The notes under the pieces are model-generated. The model searched no databases. It saw only the letters and a program-made list of their open reading frames with translations, and was not told where the DNA came from. A program made the translations under genes and the position numbers. This document shows positions 12,701 through 22,869 of a DNA stretch of 64,000 bases, one piece after another. The first letter of the stretch is position 1. Every line of letters begins with the position of its first letter. Source of the stretch: Balanoglossus misakiensis (taxonomy: Eukaryota; Animalia; Hemichordata); assembly GCA_040954595.2 (NCBI GenBank), contig CM082581.2:2844699-2908698 (forward strand), given 5' to 3'.

Positions 12701-15700
12701 TTAAAACTGAATAATTTTCTTGTGTCCTTTTAAGATAACACGAGATCAGCAAACGTTCAAACTTGGTGACTTTGGTCTGGCACGTACCACCAGAGGAACA
12801 CTGAGTAAGAAGACTCTAGTTGGATCGATGCGTTACATGGCCCCAGAAGTCAAGCAATCAGGGAATTACTCGGTGACAGCCGACGTATTTAGCTATGGTA
12901 CGAGAAGTCTATTTTGTTTGACTGTAAAGACCGTAGAATATTATTATCATGGGAAAGTGTATCCAGTATTGTCTGTATTGCTTTGCATACTTGGCAGAGA
13001 ACTTTGCTGACGCCTTGAAATCCGTAGAAGTATACATGTATATGTAGCAACGAGCTTGAAGTTTCGTATCCAACTATCTTACATTACATGTAACGCAATA
13101 ATCTGCCCCTGGTAAATGTTCTCTTATGTGTGTACACAGAACATTGTCCCTGAAGACGATGTATAGTTGGTGGCGAGGTATTAACGTTGAGATTCTGTGA
13201 CACTTGGTGTATTTCCTCCTTTTAGGTCTTATGCTGCTTGAGGTTATAAGTGGAGATTACGTGTTTTCAAATATATTGGATGATGAAATTGTCTACGACC
13301 AGAAAGAAACCTTGGCTCCACCCATTCCGGTAAATCTCCACTAAATTCCTGCCTAGCCTGGTAATTTTTTCTGACTAATTGCAAAGTGGTGATGTGCATT
13401 TATACACTCTCCCTTCCAATAGTGTAAGTTTTAAGTCCTTGGTATGTACGAGTGTTTTGGGTGACGCTTCCTTGTCTACTCTGTTTCATTCAGGACATTT
13501 GTGAATCAGTACATGGTTCGCAGATGAAACTGGTGTTGACAATGTGTCTGAAGATAACTCGAAATCGCCCCAAGATGGAACAGATCTTGGAGATTCTGAC
13601 GACAACTGAAACTTCCCAGCTAAAGGCACAGTCTAGTTACGGTCATGAAATCGAAATGCTGTGTCTGGGAACTGGAAAAGGCACAACGGGTAAGGGCTTA
13701 CCACACTTTATCGAACGGGTGTTTGTCAGCAATAGTTATTCTATACCCCGCGACTTAGTCCTTTGTATACATGTAACCAAGCCCAGTTTGGGAAAAGATG
13801 TTTCTTACCTCAACTACTGACTTCTTTTTTTCTCAACTTTATCTTGTACTATAAGCTGCCCTTTTTGGAGAGCCAAGTTCGTCATTGGCTATTCTCGTTC
13901 GCGGCAAACCCTTATTGCTTGTAGATGTTGGCCTTGGTGTTTTGAAGTCTTACAGAGAGCACATAGGTAAGCACTTCTATTTTACGTACGGAATATTGTT
14001 GGAACGTATTTCACTGCTTTTTCTGCAGTCGCACTACATTTCCCTAGAATGATACTTTATTTTTTCACCTAATTAGGCGATGAATTGCCACCAAAGTTAT
14101 TCATCACTCATAACCATCTCGACCATTCTGGAGAACTAGCCCTTGGACTCTTCTTGACAACGGAAAAGATGAAACAGATGCAAGTGGCAGGAAAGATTTC
14201 GATCTTTGCTGGACCCGAAGTTGTGCCTCGTCTTAGAGATCATCGTCTGGATGAAATCTATAGCGCAATACCAAGAGTAAGTGTATAGTTTATCATAGTG
14301 GGACTCAAATTCTTGTGCAGGTGTAACTGTGGTGCATACTTGTTTATGTGTGGAGGTTTGCATATGGGAATTTAGGTAGGCCTAGTCTGGCATGTAGGTA
14401 CAAAGACGCATAGAGCTATAGGAAGTTCGACTCGCCATGTTGACAGACACTGGTATTACACATAGGCACGTTGGATTGCATATGGTATCTATACTCAGTC
14501 ATGCTCATGAATTATAGTATCGTTGGCGATGAGTGTTTTGGATTTAAGTGTTAAACGGTTGATAACTGTTTAACATGGTGATTTTGATTATAGGATAAAT
14601 TAGATGCCTTTCTGAAATGGGTAGAATGTGTGGAAGACACCGCTGTGTTTCTTGATCAAAACAAGTTGTTTTCTCTGAAAGCCTACAAGAGTCAACACCA
14701 AGAGACTTGCTATGGTAAGAAATGATAACAAACAAAATCTGGGAATCTTCGAGTGGTGTTGAAAGTTTTTCGTAAACACGATAACTTCTCAAGATCTTGA
14801 CATGGATAAATTTGTAACACGTTGGTCAGACTAGTTCCGTGTTACCATGTGTTGTAGATGACGAGTCGTGATTACTTTGTATTTCGACTGACAGGATTTG
14901 TTCTGTACTGCGAGGAGAAACCAATTCTTGGCTACACAGCCGACTCTGCGTACAACAAGGAATTGTACGACCGAATCTTTGTAGCCCCAACAGTGGTTGT
15001 AGATGCACGTGTTCAAGGGAACACAGAACATGCCTCGGTGAGTTACAGAGCCAAGCATTAAACAGGTTCCTCTTGACTTTGCACAAAAATATATGATGAC
15101 GTCATACTTACAGGCAGAAGGAACTAAGACACAGGATATAGTGCGATATTATTTACCTATGCCCGGAATGGCTGCACAGTATGATTCATGAGAAATCGGA
15201 CAATTTATTTGCAGACTAATAAAATATTCATTGCTTATTTGTAACAGTTTGATGAACTTCTGAAATACCTGGAATGTAGAGAGGTATGTTTTCCTCTTCT
15301 CTTTGTATGATTGATGTGTATGTTTGACAAATAATGTGCGTGCATGGGCGTGCTTTCAATTCTGTGGAAAATAGTTCAATGGTGACGCTGTATGTGCCCT
15401 GCCCAGTAACGTTGGTTAGATGAGACGAGTGCTGCTCGTCTTCATATCTTCAAAGGAAATGTTCTACATGTGTATGTCGTTTGAATGGACTAATTCTCAG
15501 AAATTATATCTTATCATTGTACCAGGTGAAGACTAGCCCACATGTTCTGGTAATCGGCTATGGTACGGCTGACGATTGGCCCAATGCCAAGGACATGCCC
15601 CGAATAGACCAAATGCATCGTGGTACCACTTATACTCTGTGGCCACTTGAAGACGCCCGAGAAACCTCTCCCGTGAAGAGACAACCAAAATATAAGAAAG

Positions 15701-15717
15701 TGGAAGAAGCAGTTTGA
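6779..15717 (+). CDS. SIR2_2-like / DUF5753-like / Ser-Thr kinase / metallo-beta-lactamase-fold fusion protein (~1,090 aa)
   Basis: Phase-compatible exons 6779-6943, (7460-7501?), 7677-7868, 8154-8243, 8679-8843, 9009-9170, 10351-10537, 10941-11011, 11185-11440, 11739-11950, 12068-12294, 12384-12627, 12735-12897, 13226-13329, 13494-13689, 13856-13966, 14077-14276, 14594-14714, 14895-15037, 15248-15283, 15526-15717. Motifs IITTNLDELLE and VLFLGC (SIR2_2); GKGQFG/YALK/HRDVKAEN/DFG/YMAPE/DVFSYG (kinase); LGTG/VDVG/THNHLDH/YTADS (MBL). Confidence 0.85.
9270..10070. repeat. Degenerate intronic repeat rich in TGACCTTTGACC units
   Basis: Recurrent tgacctttgacc...ttcccatat...gcatcc blocks near 9311, 9511, 9660, 9788 and 10002. 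Confidence 0.55.
10805..10904. repeat. (GAAT)n microsatellite
   Basis: Pure tetranucleotide run in an intron. Confidence 0.97.
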
Positions 15718-16394
15718 AGTTGGCGTCAATTATTCCCAGCTAAAATCCCCAAAACACTAACATAAATTTGTATCAAGCGAGTACACAGACTACCTGGTTA
15801 ATGAAAACGTCTGGTCCCTCACTGTAATGGTCAGTCGTCGCGTAACAATTCACGTGTACTCGGGAACTTCTAATCTGCAGATTCATTGAGAAGCAGAAAC
15901 TGTTGTAATGTTGAAATATGGGTGTTCTATTTTTGTTGAATGAAGTGAACGTTTATGTGTGATGAATCAGATAATATCAGTCAAACATTTTGTCCAGTAG
16001 GTGGATGATATTAATAAGGATGGAAACTATTATGTTATTTTCAATATGTACCACACAACATTAAAATAAATGTATACATTACATCTCGCATTGTTTTTTA
16101 TAGCATCCCCAAGATTTTCAATTTTTGGAATTATTGAAGATGATATCTTTTTCATCTTGAATACTTCTAAACTCTTCTTGTGAACGTTGAAATGACGCCC
16201 TAACAATCTAATTTCTAACATCAATTAATAGCGGACTGTTGCATGTCATATGTAAGTAACGACAGGCGAGTCAACGCCCGATCGGAGTGCTACGTTATCT
16301 CCCCGCTATCTCCCAAATCTGAAGCACTCGGAGAGGTGTGCTAATATAGAGATGTCCTCATCGACGGTCAAAGTTCAAGGATCTATGATAGCAT

Positions 16395-16404
16395 GGGAAT
16401 TTCC
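16395..16404 (+). promoter_or_regulatory. Canonical kB site GGGAATTTCC inside the palindrome CATGGGAA-T-TTCCCATG, upstream of the SMPDL3 gene
   Basis: Exact consensus match about 220 bp upstream of ATG 16616. Confidence 0.5.
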
Positions 16405-16615
16405 CATGACGAGATGCCTATACACTACCAGTCAAACGCAGGTCTTTCAGTTTACACTTTGTAGTGCATAGGCGACAGTCACTAGAACCACTGCTGGACA
16501 GCGGTTCTGTATGATAACGGGTCACATATCACTACGTTGTGAGTGATTGTTTTATTGGGGCTTCCCTCTTCTTCAGGTCTTTGGAGTTCTCAAGTACATG
16601 TATAGAAGAGACGCG

Positions 16616-19509
16616 ATGACCTCTACGATCAGATTCATCTACTTCCTGGTTTGGTCGGCAGCCCTAAACTGCTGTGCAGCTGACGTTGGTGAGTAATTCT
16701 TCATCTGTAGAAAATCACAGCCTGACCACTCGTCGGTGTCAGGTGTGTGGAGTGACCGGCGTTTGCTGGCATGGCAAAAACCTTCCACTCGGACTCATGG
16801 GTGGCGTGTAAACTGTCTTAGAAATATATAAAACGGATATGAAAGGGACTCTCTTTCATGACTTCCCCTTTCTTCTAAGACATGGCACTTGCCCCGACGC
16901 GACTGTGCTTCGAAATGGGAAGCTTGCGGGCGCCTTCGATGCAGCTGGTATCAGAGTTGCCATGTTTTAGCTGATGCAATGATATGCAGCCAATTTTCAA
17001 CAGGTGCACCCGTCAGTACCTGTGTTGCCTCATGCATGCTTGAAGGGAAGAATACGCACCCCAATAACATACATTTTCTTCATGTCACTGCTGTCAATTC
17101 AAGAAAATTGACAGTGCATTTCCATGTCAAGGCGTACAGTATTTAAATTTTATAGGGAATCGGTGAGTTTCCTTCAAAGATCACTCACGTCTTTCAACAT
17201 CTTCTTTCAACAGGATATATTTGGCACGTGACTGATTTTCACTACGAAGTGAATTACACTGCGGGGGACTACCCCGAATCAAGTTGTCGAGATCTTGGAG
17301 GGGAGACTCCTAATTACTGGGGCGATTATAGGTGTGACTCCCCCTGGACTCTCATCAATTCCTCAGTCTATGCCATGCAACAAATTGAACCCAATCCAGA
17401 CTTCATCATATGGACTGGGTAAGGCAGGAAGCATTTAAACTAAATCCTAATATCTATTCTTTTTTCTTTGTTTGAGTGTAAAGAATTAGGTCTTTATTGA
17501 TGCATTGATGCATCACAAACATGTATTATGTTCAAAGCCAATACCAGTTCTTGTATGAACCTTTCAGAGATGATACTCCTCATGTACCAGACGATAATTT
17601 GGACACGGACAAAGTATTAAATTACATTTGGAACTTGACAGCCATCTTGATCGAGGCATTTCCAGGCAGGAGTGTATTTCCGGTACTCGGTAACCATGAC
17701 TACCACCCCAAACACCAGATGCCGCCAGAACCCAACCCTGTCTACGATCAAGTCGCTGATTGGTGGAATGCGCACTGGCTGAGTCAATACCCTGGTGCAG
17801 AAGATACATTCAGAGAAGGTTTGACCTTTTTTGCTGGCAATGATAATCAATTGAGATTAAGAGTGAGTGAATGAGCGAATGAATGAATGAATGAATGAAT
17901 GAATGAATGAATGAATGAATGAATGAATGAATGAATGAATGAATGAATGAATGAATGGAGGAATATATGACTGACTGACCGACTGACTGACTGACTGAAT
18001 GAATGAATGAATGAATGAATGAATGAATGAATGAATGAATGAATGAATGAATGAATGAATGAATGAATGAATGAATGAATGCAGGGATAAATGAGTGAAT
18101 GAATAGCTTCGTGGATGGGTTGATGGATGGATTGACGGATGTATAGTACAAGATAAATTACAAAATTACAATATTTGAAATGCATGTTTATATCTATTTA
18201 GCTGCGTATTATACAGCGGAGTATCAACCTGGACACAGAATTGTTGGGCTTAACACTGTGTATTATTATACAAACGACAAAGTTACTGCTGATATGGAAG
18301 ACCCTGGCAACCAGTTTCAGTGGCTGGAAGACATCCTGGGGAACGCCACCCTGACCAACGAAAAGGTATGTTATTAAACCACGCCATGATCAATGCAGAC
18401 GTGTGACACACTTTGGATGAGAAACAGTACCACCCTTGTTCTCTCTTATTCTTTGTAGGTATATCTCATTGGACACGTACCGCCTGGTGTTTTTGAACGA
18501 CACGCTGGAAAGTCATGGTACTATCCAAAGTTCAACGAACGGTACATCCAGATCATAAGGAAATACTATAGTGTTATTAGTGGGCAGTTCTTTGCTCACC
18601 AGCATGATGACAGCTTTAGAATGTTCTACGATGAGCAAGGTGAGCTTTGTCTTACATTTAGGCAGTTTGCACACACCTGCTGATACATACGTAAACTTCA
18701 AGATTGCTTAAGCCTTATGTACTACTAGTTACTTGGTTTTTTGCCAGAAAAACAAAGCCAACGTTTTGCTGACAAGAAAAGTAGTCCCGAACGTTTCACA
18801 AAATGTCGCCAGTACAGTGTATGTTTACTACTATTGCCTCACTAGACGCCCTTCCTGATTGGTGTACACGATACCCCCACGATGTGTACGCAAACGTTTG
18901 GCAAATCCACCACGACCTCTCTTTGGTAACACATGCCGTAAAGAGGCCCGTGTTTACGACGGTGACGAGGCTATTATGATGGTCATTATTGTCTTATATA
19001 ATACGACAGGCAATGCTGTGAGTTCGTTGCTGCTGGCCCCTGCTGTTACTCCCTGGAACACCACATTATCAGGAGTTGGGCCAAACAACCCTGGCATCCG
19101 CCTTTTAGAATTTGACCGAGACACCTGGGAAATATTAGACATCAAACAGTACTACCTTGACCTTTCGACAACTGACAGCTCCTCTCTACCAGAATGGGTT
19201 TTGGAATACTCAGCCAAAAACGCCTATGGTATTGGTGACGTCACTACCAGTTCTTTGCAGACTCTAGTAGAATCGTTCAACGGAAGCGACAGCGATAATT
19301 TCGACAAGTATTACCTGTACAACAGCGTCAGCTACGACAGCAGTGAGTGCACAGCGCAGTGCAAGACCGAACAGGTCTGTGCAATCACCAAAGTGGATTT
19401 CGATGAGTACAGTGCCTGTCTTGGTGGAGACACCACGGCCGGCGTCGATTGCCTTATCTCATCGTTATTCTTGAAAGTCGTACTCATCATTGTGCAATTC
19501 TTCTTCTGA
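16616..19509 (+). CDS. SMPDL3: Acid sphingomyelinase-like phosphodiesterase (SMPDL3 family) with signal peptide and hydrophobic C-terminus
   Basis: Exons 16616-16688, 17214-17418, 17568-17818, 18202-18365, 18459-18639, 19010-19509. Calcineurin-like motifs TDFHY, WTGDDTPH, LGNHD, GHVPPG, FFAHQHDD, plus WGDYRCDSPW and APAVTPW...NNPGIR. Confidence 0.93.
17868..18103. repeat. (GAAT)n/(GACT)n compound microsatellite
   Basis: Tetranucleotide arrays in SMPDL3 intron 3. Confidence 0.95.
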
Positions 19510-22500
19510 AATTTGTATTCCAAAGAACAGTGATGATATGCACAGCCGATGAATCTTTTGAACTGGGTCACCGGAAAAAAAGGATCAGGCCCGTTTGAAC
19601 CTGGAGAATTTTTATCGTCTGATACATTCCGCATTTTATTCCTGAAAAGTTTTAATGAAGTTTCTTCGTCATCAGAAATACGACGAAAAAGATATTAATA
19701 GTTCCTTCTCACTTCCCTTGATATTTTTCAGTCATTTTGTCTATTGGTAACCTAGGTCCGTAATAAGAAAATGTACGTCAACTTGATAGTCATAGTTGAA
19801 TCTCATGTCTAAGGATTCTGTGAAATAAATATCGGCATCTTTCCATGCATGTGCCACGACTACTGTGTTTTACCCTAGAAACCTTGAGTTGCACTAAATG
19901 CGTATGTCAATATCACCTGTGCATTTGGAATATAATAAAAATATGGGAAGGGAAGAGTTGTAATAAATTGCAGTATGCGTTCACGTGTGATAGTAACAAT
20001 ACTGTGCGACGATTGATTCAAAATCGAATTCATGACAATTGCAATTGATTTTGTCATTGAAAATAGTGTTTTATTCACTGTTAGGAAATGCGTTGACGAT
20101 GCAATAACATGTTAATATAAATATTCCCAATCAATTGGCAAAATGTTTAAATGTCTATACAAATAAAAATATAAGCTAAACGTTTTTCCTGCGACTACAA
20201 TAATACCGTCTCTTTATATACAAAGTGGAATAATCATCAATATGCGACAACAGCAAATTAATTTGAAATACGCTGAAATACTCTGAATAATTAATTGCTA
20301 CTGAATATTACCAATTGCTTGTTATTAAATGATGCTTTCAACGGAAACATTATTATATTTACTTATTATGCAATTGATTCGTCATCCATGCATTAAGTGA
20401 ATTATAAAGCTGATCTTTGCGTGACCAGGGACCTTTTCTGACCGAATGGCACAGATGCAGACTTGTTGTAGAACAATATATGTTCTATGACTTTGCAAAC
20501 ATGGTAACTGATCAAATACTGTGGGGGTTCCTGTGTTGTAATACTGTATTTTTTTAATACTGTATCAGTTAATACTGTATTAGTTAATACTGTAACACGC
20601 AATATATGCCACTTATGTAGAGAGTAACAGCAGCAAATTTAAAGCATCATAATAGTAATACTGTAGCAAAGATGTATGCAATATTTAAAAAAATTATCAA
20701 AATACGTTTTAGCCTGATTATTACTCGTGATAAATGTGGTCAAAATGACCAACATTTGTATGTTTTGAACTTTGAGTATATACATTAGCATCGATGCTCA
20801 CAAATTCACAATAAATGCATTTTACTAGTACTTTAAGTTACCAGTACTTTCATGGCTTCAATAAACATTGATAATCCAGTTAATGTCATCATTGGGGGCA
20901 AAACTAAGGCAAATTCATTATTTAAGACATCATACTAACGGGCAAGTGTGAACTGAAACTATCAATCACAATCTTGACAAATCTACTGAGTGATTTTTTG
21001 TCATTTAACAAATATTCTTCGTTTAAATATGGATCAAATTTGAATTTATATCAATAATTTGATGTGGAGTAGGTCTACATGAATATATTCATACTTGTAC
21101 ATGACATTGTATCGAGTGATATTTTCATCACTTTCGGCTGATGCTGAACTTTCACTGTCCTTAAGTTCCTTCCTTAAATCACTCCCAGAACTAGATGATT
21201 CGCCTTTCACCCTTGTCGTCTCCCCAGACTCGAGGTCGTAGTCGTGTACGTAAACGTGAGCTGGTTCTGTTCCCTCATCTATGAATGCCTCTGGTCGTAG
21301 TGGGAGCTTTCCTTCTCTTCTGTTGAAATCGGGCAAAGTTTTTTTTAAATTATTGCTGCTTGTATCCAACACTGAATAACACAATATAGAAAACATACAT
21401 TCTTCAATCCAACGTCTAAATTTCACAAAACCCAGCTTCAAACAGCACTTACCTTTTGATACGTTAAAAAAAATATTGACCACCAGTTTCCTTAAAATGA
21501 CCACCAACTTCAAAACCTGGTGGTCAAAATGACCACCAAGATAAAAAGTTAATTTCGAGCCCTGAATCGTTATGTATGTTGGGGACACCAGCAGTTTGTT
21601 TCAAATAAAGTGGTTTATTTTTTTCAAGTTTCTTATGATTTATTACAAATATCTTATAATGTAGACTAGTTTTATAATGCATTATATAGTAGCTGAGAGC
21701 CGATCTGTCAGTGATTTCATCTCATGCAACTGCTCTTTAAGAAATATCTACAACAAAAGTCTAGATGTTTCATGATAATGTTGCTGTGTCCTTATATAAA
21801 GTACCTTAGAGCTGCTGTTCAATAAAAAGAAACTAAAGCCTGTGTACATGTAGTACTACCATTATTTATACCAGCATGAAGGTAATATCATGGTTTTTGT
21901 CAATTTAATTAACGAGAGAAATAATTTGACACATCAGAAGTGCTGTTTACACCGACCAAATCTCTTTACCCCAATCGGAATGCAACATTTAGTACCTAGA
22001 GAGAAAGATTTTTTTTTTGAAATGTACAAATAGATATACATGTACAAGACATACGCATTGTAAATCGTATCAGGTTCACGTGACAAAAACTACAGGAAAT
22101 GATCACCCACCCACCCCACCCCCGACTATCAGACTGGAAAAATATTAACACCCTCAGACATTGTGATGTCCAGCAGAAACACTTGGCTTTTCCGGAGCCA
22201 ACGTGGCAACTTTCTTCAAATGAACCATTTTTTGAATCTGCTGACCACATTTCTGTAATTCAGTTGCGCACAACTGAACTAGGAAACTCTTCAACCTGCT
22301 GAAGATGGCTAGTTTAGGAAGAATTACGTCACGGCATAAACAACATGATAAATAATACTCACTGAAAGTGAAACAGACAAGTCGACCAACAACATTCCAT
22401 GCACACTGTGTTCTATCTTCAGAGCGGACTCCAGCAAGAAAATTGGATTCAAACGCGTACACAAATCATGATGCAATATTCTCCAGGTTCTGTGACGACG

Positions 22501-22869
22501 AAATTTATCTTGAATGAATACCTCTGCCATGGCACATTATCATGACGTCATCGTGTAGAATGCCATCCTGTTTCATTCCAACACGTTGGGAAATATATTT
22601 ACTCACTGTCTGCGATAGAACCACTCTAGAAACTTCTACTATCTATGATCAATATTGAACCCGGACCTCTCGCGAATACTTGGAACCAGTATTTCATGAA
22701 TAATATTTCCATTCCGAGGGATGGGCGCTGCATGATATGACGTATGGCAAGGAAACATCGCCCCCAACGCCACGTAAAAATATCAGTTATATTTTGTTTA
22801 TTCACAGTTTAATTTCGAGTACGGGTTTTGGGAAAACTAGGACCCCCCCCCCCCCCTTTTCATATTGTC

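Noticed and set aside
6779-15717. Bacterial contamination as the source of the SIR2/DUF5753/MBL domains
   Set aside because: The domains are split by many canonical spliceosomal introns and sit beside animal genes
17810-18185. (HSFI)n ORFs
   Set aside because: Translation of the (GAAT)n microsatellite
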